Assembly: GCA_000806115.1 (NCBI GenBank)
Contig: JWKQ01000002.1
Location: 256,815-320,814 of the forward strand
Direction: 5' to 3'
DNA: 64,000 nt
DNA from: an archaeon GW2011_AR5
GTDB taxonomy: Archaea > Aenigmatarchaeota > Aenigmatarchaeia > GW2011-AR5
The first letter of the stretch is position 1, and every line of letters begins with the position of its first letter. Of the stretch, positions 26,608 through 34,092 are shown piece by piece. The position numbers were made by a program, and so were the translations under genes. Below the pieces are notes generated by a model, which worked only from the letters and a program-made list of their open reading frames with translations, was not told the DNA's origin and ran no database searches.

Positions 26608-27300
26608 TTAATTTTTGTAAATGTCTTTCTTCCTGGATTTGTATATCTCCGAAGAACCGTACTTTATTATTTCGTCAGTGAAACTGTTGATCGCATGATA
26701 TAAATTTTCAGACTTGTCGCCGGTCCGGGTTGCATAAGACTTTTTGCTTGCGGAAACGTCAATACCTTTCGGGTCCTTGTTAAATTTCTCTGCCATGCTC
26801 TGCACTCTTTTGAGTATGGCGGATTTTATTTCTATAGGCAGGTCTTCAGTCCGGTTGCCTATTATCTTGATGGCATCAGCCACGTCTTCGTCTGTTATAG
26901 AGTCAGGGTTTGTTATCATCTTGAATCTGGAGCTGCCATGAAAGTCAATTTCTCCCAGATTGAGGTTTGTAGCAAGACAGTATGACAGCTTCGAGTTTGT
27001 CATCTTCGTGTTTTTCACCTCTGCGCCATCGAACCGCGTCATGTCAATGGTGCAGTTTTCAAAAACCGCGTTTTCCAAGTTTGCACAATAGAAGCCTGAA
27101 AAGTAAATATCACAATTTACGAACTTCACGCCTTTCATGTTCGAGAACCAGAACCTTGCGTATTCGATTTTAGAGTTGTTGAAAACGATTCCAGACAGGT
27201 CTGTGCTGTTTATTTCGCAAAACTGTAGAAATATGTTAGAGAACTCTTTCCGTCCGGCCCTGAATTGTTCCATCAGCTGCTGGCTGTACATGTGCTCCAT
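26608..27300 (-). CDS. Pentapeptide-repeat protein
   Basis: Consecutive A(D/N)LxF-type pentapeptides: DLSGIVFNNSKIEYARFWFSNMKGVKFVNCDIYFSGFYCANLENAVFENCTIDMTRFDGAEV. Confidence 0.8.
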   Translation of the reverse strand: MEHMYSQQLMEQFRAGRKEFSNIFLQFCEINSTDLSGIVFNNSKIEYARFWFSNMKGVKFVNCDIYFSGFYCANLENAVFENCTIDMTRFDGAEVKNTKMTNSKLSYCLATNLNLGEIDFHGSSRFKMITNPDSITDEDVADAIKIIGNRTEDLPIEIKSAILKRVQSMAEKFNKDPKGIDVSASKKSYATRTGDKSENLYHAINSFTDEIIKYGSSEIYKSRKKDIYKN

Positions 27301-27331
27301 GAGGATAATAGAACCTGAAAAGATTATTAGA

Positions 27332-28048
27332 TTATCTTATGGCTTCGTATTCTATCTTGTCTATGTCCTTCTCGAAGTTCTTCTTGCTGATGAAGTACTT
27401 CAGGTATATTTTTGAGTATTTCCTTATCAGCCCCAGCCCGCCCCATTTGTTCATCCTGCGTGTTGATGTATACACGCAGGTTTCCTTGGAGAACTTGAAC
27501 GTGCCGAATTTGCCCGCACGCATGGCAAAATCATGGTCTTCCATCACCTTTAGGTTCTCGTCAAATCCGTTCACTTTCTCGAATATCTGCCTGCGCACCG
27601 CTATGGCAATGCCCGGAGCGTGGGGTTTTTTGGCGTAGGTGGTGAGGAAATCCACAAGGTTGTTGCTCATGTTGTAGATTATCTGCTCTTTCCACGACGG
27701 CGTGAAGCCGTATATAGTGCATGTCCACCCGACTACACCTTTTTTGAAATCCTTGCGTATCACGTCGAAGATGTTCGGAAATATTATGGAATCGGCATCC
27801 AGGAAAAGTATTATGTCGCCGCGTGCGGCATGTCCGCCTGCATTGCGTCCGTAAGACGCCGCACCGCGCTTTGCATAGACGACTCTTGCCACGTATTTTT
27901 TGGCTATTTTCACCGTATTGTCGGTGGAGCGGGAGTCGGCGACAATTATCTCATAAGGCTTTATCTGCTTCAGGTGGAAAAGCGTAGTCTCAAGATACTT
28001 GCCCTCGTTGAGCGTCGGGATAACCACTGAAATTTTCATGTCTGCCAC
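27332..28048 (-). CDS. GT2 glycosyltransferase (soluble)
   Basis: ISVVIPTLNEGKYL...IIVADSRSTDNT...ILFLDADS carries the GT-A DxD pattern. Confidence 0.85.
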   Translation of the reverse strand: MADMKISVVIPTLNEGKYLETTLFHLKQIKPYEIIVADSRSTDNTVKIAKKYVARVVYAKRGAASYGRNAGGHAARGDIILFLDADSIIFPNIFDVIRKDFKKGVVGWTCTIYGFTPSWKEQIIYNMSNNLVDFLTTYAKKPHAPGIAIAVRRQIFEKVNGFDENLKVMEDHDFAMRAGKFGTFKFSKETCVYTSTRRMNKWGGLGLIRKYSKIYLKYFISKKNFEKDIDKIEYEAIR

Positions 28049-28081
28049 TGATTAATTAATTTCCTGCCTATTAAATAAAAA

Positions 28082-28189
28082 TGCTCCCGTCGGGATTTGA
28101 ATTCTCGCGTCCAATGAACGGCCCGAGTCAAGAGGTCCGCAACCTCTCATTCTGTCTGGCAAAATGAATCCAAGCTAAACTACGGAAGC
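28082..28189 (-). tRNA. tRNA-Arg(GCG) with two putative non-canonical introns (D-loop ~16 nt; T-stem/T-loop junction 20 nt)
   Basis: The minus strand reads GCTTCCG-TA-GTTT-AGCTTGGA[TTCATTTTGCCAGACA]GAAT-G-AGAGG-TTGCGGA-CCTCT-TGAC-TCGGG[CCGTTCATTGGACGCGAGAA]TTCAAAT-CCCGA-CGGGAGC-A. The acceptor, anticodon arm (GCG) and T-arm pair perfectly once the bracketed inserts are removed. The D-arm solution is less certain. Confidence 0.7.
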
Positions 28190-28255
28190 CTATGTCTTAT
28201 TTTTCAGATGTTTATTAAACCTTAGTTTAAAAACTTATGTATCGAAAGAAGTCTA

Positions 28256-28432
28256 ATGGAGTTGAAAACAGCCATGAAATGTTCATCTTGCAACGACAAC
28301 ATGCTTTCGGAAGATAATTTCACGAAGTTCAAATGCCCCTCATGCCTGAAGGCTGACGTAGTCAGGTGCAGCCGCTGCAGGCTGAAGAGCATAGTCTACA
28401 TATGCCCTGAATGCGGGTTCAAGGGGCCATAA
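28256..28432 (+). CDS. Zn-ribbon protein (COG2888-like; the usual neighbour of aEF-1beta)
   Basis: Hand translation (58 aa, below the track threshold) gives MELKTAMKCSSCNDNMLSEDNFTKFKCPSCLKADVVRCSRCRLKSIVYICPECGFKGP. It has four CxxC pairs, and in archaea this family is characteristically encoded next to ef1b. Confidence 0.7.
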   Translation: MELKTAMKCSSCNDNMLSEDNFTKFKCPSCLKADVVRCSRCRLKSIVYICPECGFKGP

Positions 28433-28471
28433 TTCTTATAATTATTATTCGAGACCAAAGGTCGAGTCAAT

Positions 28472-28581
28472 ATCCTTTTCTTCGTCAGAAACCTGAAGGA
28501 TTGTGTTTCTGGCGACTCAGGAAAGCTTTGCTTTCCTCGAGTTGGGGTAAGACTTAGACCTTTCTTTTCGGAAAAGAAAGG
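28472..28581 (+). other. Hairpin series in the Zn-ribbon/ef1b spacer
   Basis: ATCCTT-(18)-AAGGAT at 28472-28501, with inner TTTCT-tcgtc-AGAAA. GGAAAGC-ttt-GCTTTCC at 28520-28536. CCTTTCTTTTC-g-GAAAAGAAAGG at 28559-28581, ending 7 nt before the ef1b ATG. Confidence 0.5.
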
Positions 28582-28588
28582 GATTAGT

Positions 28589-28840
28589 ATGGGACAAGTC
28601 GCTCTTACGCTCAAGGTTATGCCGGAAAGTCCTGACGTGGACCTTCAGGCGCTTAAGGAAAGGATAGCAGAAGCCGTGGATGTCAAGCAGATAGTTGACA
28701 AGCCCGTAGGGTTCGGACTTGTGATGCTTGAGGTGCTCCTTGTTTTCGACGACAAAATCGGCGCGGGCGATTTTGAAGAAAAGGTCCGCGGGATCGAGGG
28801 CGTGGGAAGCGTGGAAGCGGGCGACATAACGCTTATCTAA
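28589..28840 (+). CDS. ef1b: Translation elongation factor aEF-1beta
   Basis: MGQVALTLKVMPESPDVDLQALKERI...KPVGFGLVMLEVLLVFDD..GAGDFEEKVRGIEGVGSVE matches the aEF-1beta pattern. Size is 83 aa. Confidence 0.9.
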   Translation: MGQVALTLKVMPESPDVDLQALKERIAEAVDVKQIVDKPVGFGLVMLEVLLVFDDKIGAGDFEEKVRGIEGVGSVEAGDITLI

Positions 28841-28891
28841 GAATGCATCTGACTGTAAAACCTATTTTTATACCGGCTGCCAAATATTCAG

Positions 28892-29944
28892 ATGCTAGAA
28901 CTGCTAGTGCTTTTGCTTGTTCTCCTTCTCGACGCAGCATACATCCTGATGCTTTTTTCAATCAATCTTCCTCAGGAAAAGCCGTACATCAAGAAGCTGC
29001 CAAAGATATCCCTGATTATTGCGGCGAAGGAAGGAAAAATCGTTGAAAGAACGCTTAGGATGCTGAAAAAGATCAAGATGAACACAGAGATAATAGTCGT
29101 CGCCAGCGATGCAGTAACGCTGAAGATTGCAGGAAAATATGCGAAGGTGGTGAGGGATAAAGGCACGGGAAAGGGCGCGGCGCTTAACCTTGCCGTTCGG
29201 AAAGCAAAAGGCAGGATACTATACTTCCTTGATGAGGACATGATTGTAACGAAGGATACAATCCAGAAGGTTTGTTCCGCCCTTGGCAGTCATGAGGTGG
29301 CTGTGGGCTATAACCTCGCCGGGAACAAGGACGGCCCGGTTACGTATGTGGCGCGCCTGTACCTGGCGATGCTTACCAAGATGCAGTTCGGCATCTACAG
29401 GCTCATAGGAACCACGTTCGTGGCGGGCAGGAATTTTGCAATATACAAGAAAACCCTCGCAAATGCCGGAAATTTCAGGAATGTGCTGACCGAAGACCTT
29501 GACCTCTCTTTCCGGCTCTTCGCGCGGCACAAGAAGGTGAAGTACGTGAACGCAGGGGCGCGTGACCAGGCGCCGTCGCGCTTCCTCTGGTATTTGAAGC
29601 AGCAGCAAAGATGGAACGTGGGGGCGGGCGAAGCCATGAAGGCGTGGGAGAAGAAGTTCCATCACCACGACATATCGCTGCTCATTTTCCTGGTGCTTGT
29701 ATCGCTGATACCGTTGATGTCTTTTATATTCCTTGTCTTGGCTCTGGCTTTCGGCAGCTATCTCTTTCTTTCAGTGGTGGCAATATGCTTCCTGGTGTGC
29801 CTGTCGTCAGCCAGGATGCTTGGAAGGGATGAAATGCTGCTGCTGCCGGGGACATTCCTGCTCATGATAACGATCCAGTCGTTCACGATGATATATAGCG
29901 CAGCCATGAAGCCGAAAAACTGGTACAGGACTCCCAAGAAGTGA
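28892..29944 (+). CDS. Membrane-embedded GT2 glycosyltransferase, synthase-like (QxxRW)
   Basis: N-terminal TM, ISLIIAAKEG...EIIVVASD...LYFLDEDMIV...TEDLD...QQQRWNVG, then a C-terminal TM bundle. Confidence 0.85.
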   Translation: MLELLVLLLVLLLDAAYILMLFSINLPQEKPYIKKLPKISLIIAAKEGKIVERTLRMLKKIKMNTEIIVVASDAVTLKIAGKYAKVVRDKGTGKGAALNLAVRKAKGRILYFLDEDMIVTKDTIQKVCSALGSHEVAVGYNLAGNKDGPVTYVARLYLAMLTKMQFGIYRLIGTTFVAGRNFAIYKKTLANAGNFRNVLTEDLDLSFRLFARHKKVKYVNAGARDQAPSRFLWYLKQQQRWNVGAGEAMKAWEKKFHHHDISLLIFLVLVSLIPLMSFIFLVLALAFGSYLFLSVVAICFLVCLSSARMLGRDEMLLLPGTFLLMITIQSFTMIYSAAMKPKNWYRTPKK

Positions 29945-29965
29945 ATTTAAAGTACTTTTATAGCT

Positions 29966-30097
29966 GACCAACTTAATGTCCAGATATTACACAAGTTGGT
30001 CACATACGCTGAAGAACAAAGTTCTTCGGCGTGCCAGAAAGCTTCGCTTTCTGAGCATAGTGAACCAAGTTATAATATCCAGATTCTTTACTTGGTT
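29966..30097 (+). other. Four-hairpin 5' region of the wHTH gene
   Basis: GACCAACTT-(18)-AAGTTGGTC at 29966-30001. GAAGAAC-aaa-GTTCTTC at 30011-30027. CAGAAAGC-ttc-GCTTTCTG at 30035-30053. AACCAAGT-(19)-ACTTGGTT at 30063-30097. A TATA-like ACTTTTATAG lies at about 29953-29962. Confidence 0.5.
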
Positions 30098-30129
30098 AAC
30101 TATAAGAAACCTGGCGCTAATCCTTCTCC

Positions 30130-30597
30130 ATGGAAAAGAAAAACATTGCGTCTGGCAACCCCGCTCTCGAGAAGATACATTCGACATTCGCTTCCGTAGC
30201 CACGTCGCTGGGCTACAGCGAGGTTCATGGTAGAATAATATCGGCTTTGCTTGTTGCGGACCGTCCGCTGTCGATGGATGAGCTTATCATGCAGACCAAA
30301 TATTCGTCCGCGTCCATATCGCTGTCGCTTGATTTGTTGGAAATAATCGGAATCGTGAAGAAGCTCAAGGACCGCGGCGACAGGAAGCTGTATGCGCGGC
30401 TTGAGGGCGACCTGATAGAAGGCTTGCGCAATGCGATGATGCTGAAGCTGCAGAAAGAAATACGCGGCACGTTATCCGAACTTGAATTGCTGAAAAACCC
30501 GAAAACCAGGAAGTCTGTTTCCGCCGTTGAGAATGAAGTGAAGAGGCTCCAGGAATACATCCGGAGGCTCTCTGAGGTAGACGTGCCGCGAAAATGA
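30130..30597 (+). CDS. Winged-helix transcription regulator (GbsR/MarR-like, COG1510-type)
   Basis: GYSEVHGRIISALLVADRPLSMDELIMQTKYSSASISLSLDLLEIIGIVKKL...DRKLYA is an HTH-plus-wing region, followed by a coiled-coil C-terminus. Confidence 0.75.
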   Translation: MEKKNIASGNPALEKIHSTFASVATSLGYSEVHGRIISALLVADRPLSMDELIMQTKYSSASISLSLDLLEIIGIVKKLKDRGDRKLYARLEGDLIEGLRNAMMLKLQKEIRGTLSELELLKNPKTRKSVSAVENEVKRLQEYIRRLSEVDVPRK

Positions 30598-30652
30598 ATG
30601 AACTTTAATCCGTTTTCTACAAATATATTATAGAGAATATAGGTTGAGCTTT

Positions 30653-31660
30653 ATGGGCATCCAGTTAACCCAGCTTGTGAACGGAGAAGTCATTTCTTTG
30701 GAGGACTTATTCGGCAAGGTTGTGGCTATCGACGCTTTCAACTGGGTTTACCAGTTTTTGAGCATTATTCGCCAGCCTGACGGCACTCCACTAAAGGACA
30801 GCAAAGACCGCGTCACCTCTCACTTATCAGGGCTATATTATAGGACTCTGAAGCTTATGGAAGCGGGAATAAAGCCCGTTTATGTTTTTGACGGCAAGCC
30901 TCCTGAGTTCAAAGCCGTCGGCCAGCGCCGCCGCGATGTCCGAGAGGAGGCGGCGCGCGAATGGAAACTTGCCCTGGAAAAACAGGATTACGAGGCGGCA
31001 AGCAGATATGCGAAACGTTCGACCAGCATAACCGCCGAGCACATTGACGGCGCGAAGCGGCTGCTGGAAGCGATGGGCGTTCCGTTCGTTCAGGCGCCAA
31101 GCGAGGGCGAGGCAATGTGCGCGCACCTTGTAAAGCAACGCGCAGCTTATTGCGCCGCATCGCAGGATTACGACACGCTGCTTTTCGGGGCGACAAAGCT
31201 GGTCAGGAATCTTTCGATAACCGGAAAAAAGAAGCGCGGAAATTCTGTTGTTATGATAAATCCTGAGATGCTGGCACTTGAAAGTCTTCTGAAAAACCTC
31301 GGAATCAGCTACGACCAGCTCATAATGCTCGGAATACTTATAGGCACTGACTTCAATCCGGGAGGAATATCAGGCTTGGGCCCGAAAAAGGCGCTGCTGC
31401 GCGTGAAGGAAAAGAAGACTATGGAAGAAGTCTTTGGGGGTTTGGAGTGGAACTTCCCTGTCACGCCGGAGCAGATTTTTGATTTCTTCAGGAACCCACC
31501 TGTGGTTGATTACGAACTGAATTTTAGGGATCCTGATGAAGAGAAGATAGTAAAAATAATGTGCGATGCGCACGATTTCTCGTACGAAAGGATAATCAAT
31601 TCGCTGAAGAAGATAACAGAAAACAAGCCGCAAAGCTCGTTGAGCAGGTGGATAAAATAA
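30653..31660 (+). CDS. fen: Flap endonuclease 1
   Basis: MGIQLTQLV...VAIDAFNWVYQFLSIIRQPDGTPLKDSKDRVTSHLSGLYYRTLKLMEAGIKPVYVFDGKPPEFK is a near-textbook FEN1 N-domain. The start is the ATG at 30653; TATA AAATATATTATAG lies about 25 nt upstream. Confidence 0.95.
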   Translation: MGIQLTQLVNGEVISLEDLFGKVVAIDAFNWVYQFLSIIRQPDGTPLKDSKDRVTSHLSGLYYRTLKLMEAGIKPVYVFDGKPPEFKAVGQRRRDVREEAAREWKLALEKQDYEAASRYAKRSTSITAEHIDGAKRLLEAMGVPFVQAPSEGEAMCAHLVKQRAAYCAASQDYDTLLFGATKLVRNLSITGKKKRGNSVVMINPEMLALESLLKNLGISYDQLIMLGILIGTDFNPGGISGLGPKKALLRVKEKKTMEEVFGGLEWNFPVTPEQIFDFFRNPPVVDYELNFRDPDEEKIVKIMCDAHDFSYERIINSLKKITENKPQSSLSRWIK

Positions 31661-31661
31661 G

Positions 31662-32018
31662 CTAAGGTGTAGATGCCGTGCCGCACCCGCATGTCCTTGC
31701 GCACGCCTCAGGCGTCATCGTGGTCTTGAAGTTCTCATTGCACGCGACTCCAAGGTTTTCTCCGGCAAAAGGAGCTGTCGATGTCGACGGCCTGTTGAAT
31801 GGATTGTAGCCCGATATTGTTATCGCGGTGACGCTCGCCGTGTCGCATCCGTATACGCTTCTGAGGGTGTTGCATCCGTTCGAATACGCCGCTGAAGTTG
31901 CAATAGTTCCTGTGCCCCCCACGAGCCAGCCGCTGAAGAATGCTGCAACCACGACGAGAACCAAAACAGCGATGGCCACGACTACTATCATGTTGATGGG
32001 CAGTTCAAGTCCTTTCAT
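31662..32018 (-). CDS. Short pilin-like protein with class-III (prepilin-type) signal, Cys-rich
   Basis: MKG|LELPINMIVVVAIAVLVLVVVAAFFSG: short basic leader ending in G, then an uninterrupted hydrophobic helix. The globular part has 6 Cys. Confidence 0.75.
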   Translation of the reverse strand: MKGLELPINMIVVVAIAVLVLVVVAAFFSGWLVGGTGTIATSAAYSNGCNTLRSVYGCDTASVTAITISGYNPFNRPSTSTAPFAGENLGVACNENFKTTMTPEACARTCGCGTASTP

Positions 32019-32328
32019 GGAAAAATCACTTATCTAATTATGGATTATAGTGGTATATATAGTTTTTTGAAATTTAGGGCGGAATTTTGTTTTCTCTTGA
32101 TTGGGAAATTCTTTATTTAGTTCGTGCGCGAAATAATATTGAAGACAAAGCATACAGGAACACCAGTTCTTTTCTCGCAGAAGCCTTAGAGCTTCTGGAG
32201 ACTCAGGTTGGACTTTGTTCAATCTCGAGTTGGAATACCTAGCTTTTTCTTCCAAGACGTTGTGAAGCACGCTTCACGACGCACATGAAGCTTCGCTTCA
32301 TGATGAGAGGATAGGTAAGGGATCGATA

Positions 32329-32700
32329 ATGAAGGGAGTATCACTTGCAATAGAAACGATAATATATCTGATACTCGCGGTCCTGGTTCTGATGGTGCTT
32401 ATAGGCTTCTTCCTTACGCAGGCGGGGCCGGCGCAGGACCAGTATGCGCTAGAAGCGAAGCGCAACAGCCTGTGCGGCGCTTACGTGACGAATGATTTCA
32501 GCTGCGCGGGAACCGGCGGCAATCCTGTGGCAGCCGCCAGCCCGTCTGTTGTCCAGAACATAGCAACAACCTGCGCAGAACTCAACCGAAGGTTTGGCTC
32601 CGCATACCGCTGCACCACAAGCTCAACCAGCGGTTCTGCGGCGCTCGACTGCATCAGGAGCTGCTGCATAACATGCCCGGTCAGAACTTCTTCACCTTAG
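32329..32700 (+). CDS. Short pilin-like protein with class-III signal, Cys-rich
   Basis: MKG|VSLAIETIIYLILAVLVLMVLIGFFL, with Glu at +6 as in archaeal KG|xxxxxE pilins. The globular part has 8 Cys. It is divergent from 31662..32018. Confidence 0.75.
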   Translation: MKGVSLAIETIIYLILAVLVLMVLIGFFLTQAGPAQDQYALEAKRNSLCGAYVTNDFSCAGTGGNPVAAASPSVVQNIATTCAELNRRFGSAYRCTTSSTSGSAALDCIRSCCITCPVRTSSP

Positions 32701-32703
32701 AAT

Positions 32704-34092
32704 TTAGCTTATTGTAAATCCTGTTGCAGTGCATTCGATCGTGCCGCCGCCCAGTATGTTGTTGCACATTTCCTGTTCTGCGCTTCCTCCGTCGTCCATG
32801 TTCCTGATTCTTTGCCCCGTGGACAGTTCATTGCCGGAAGGCATGTCTTGTATGTCTACGTTGCACGAGAACATAGCCCCGGCGCAGCATATCATGTCGC
32901 CCCCGCCGTTCCAGTTGAACTGCGCGAAACCGTCGGGAAGGAGGAAGTCGGGCGGCTGCCACAGGACGCAGTCAATGGCAGGCAGATAATCCTCGACCTT
33001 CATTTTGAGGCTTATGCGTTTTTTCTGGAATGTGTTGGCCGCAAGATCGTGGTAATAGTATCTTTCAGGCTCGGAATATGTGATTGTTGCATCGTAATGC
33101 AGCACCAGTCCCCAGCCGGGCGAGCGCGACGGCAATACCCCCGAGTTGTCCGCAGTGTTTGCGCTTAATGTCATCTCATTTATCGTAACATTGCCCCCGC
33201 CGTTTGCCGCGGCAACACCCGACAGGTAGTCCCGGAACGCGTCCTTGTACGCCTGCTGGCTTGCAGTAGGCGGGATGCCGAGCGCTCCCCGCGGCGCGTA
33301 GTGCGGCATTGCCGCATCGGGCGGCGGGCTTGTAGGACCTCCTTTGATAACATCTCCTGTCACAAGCAGCGCTTCCACCACGAGCCTTCCGGATGCCACC
33401 ATCTGCCTAAGCGAAGTGAACATGGTGTTGTTATTAGTCGTCTGGCGGCTTATTGCCCCCTCGCCGTAGCTTGCCGCGATTGTCTGCGTGAACGACTCCT
33501 CTATGCGGTCATCCAGCAGGTTGAATATCATGGTACTGGCTACGTTGTCCCCGTTTCTCGGAATGGTTATCGACACGCCGCCTGTTTGTTCGGGCCGTGG
33601 CATGGTCAGCTTAAGGAAATCGCGGGTCTGCAGCACGGTTTTGATGTAGTCAATGGCGTGATTGTCCCGGGGATAGCATATTTGAGGATTGAATCCGGCT
33701 GCATTGTATTTGCGGATTTGCGGGATTCTTCCCTCGCCGGCTATAATCTCGCCGGGCGCGCTCCTTTCGAAGGACGGGTTTGTTTGCATCCAGTAATCAG
33801 GATCCCTGATTGTTACGGGTCCGGAACTGTCGGGGCGCCCGCATCCTACGCTTTCGTCGCCTGTTATGAACGCCGCCTGCACAGTTGATATGAACCATGT
33901 TGTGCCGAGGGACTGGTTGAACAACGAGAAAGTCGACTTGAGGCGCATCAACGACAGCGACTCGAAGTTCAGCTTTGTCCTGCTCTCGATGTTGTTGTTT
34001 GCCATGTAGAGGTAAACGGCGAAGAAAGCCGTGAATATTGCTATGATAAGTATTGTGCCGACTGCCGTTCCTACTCCCTTGCTGCAATTCAT
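32704..34092 (-). CDS. Large pilin-like secreted protein (462 aa)
   Basis: MNCSKG|VGTAVGTILIIAIFTAFFAVYLYM is a prepilin-like N-terminus. This is the last gene of a 5-gene overlapping block (ATGA overlap with the upstream gene). Confidence 0.8.
   Translation of the reverse strand: MNCSKGVGTAVGTILIIAIFTAFFAVYLYMANNNIESRTKLNFESLSLMRLKSTFSLFNQSLGTTWFISTVQAAFITGDESVGCGRPDSSGPVTIRDPDYWMQTNPSFERSAPGEIIAGEGRIPQIRKYNAAGFNPQICYPRDNHAIDYIKTVLQTRDFLKLTMPRPEQTGGVSITIPRNGDNVASTMIFNLLDDRIEESFTQTIAASYGEGAISRQTTNNNTMFTSLRQMVASGRLVVEALLVTGDVIKGGPTSPPPDAAMPHYAPRGALGIPPTASQQAYKDAFRDYLSGVAAANGGGNVTINEMTLSANTADNSGVLPSRSPGWGLVLHYDATITYSEPERYYYHDLAANTFQKKRISLKMKVEDYLPAIDCVLWQPPDFLLPDGFAQFNWNGGGDMICCAGAMFSCNVDIQDMPSGNELSTGQRIRNMDDGGSAEQEMCNNILGGGTIECTATGFTIS

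Noticed and set aside
32034-32270. 78-aa minus-strand ORF filling the gap between the two divergent pilin genes
   Set aside because: It spans the AT-rich divergent promoter region, has no SD or TATA in suitable position, and its sequence (..KNWCSCMLCLQYYFAHELNKEF..) is not protein-family-like. The region is better explained as regulatory DNA with hairpins.
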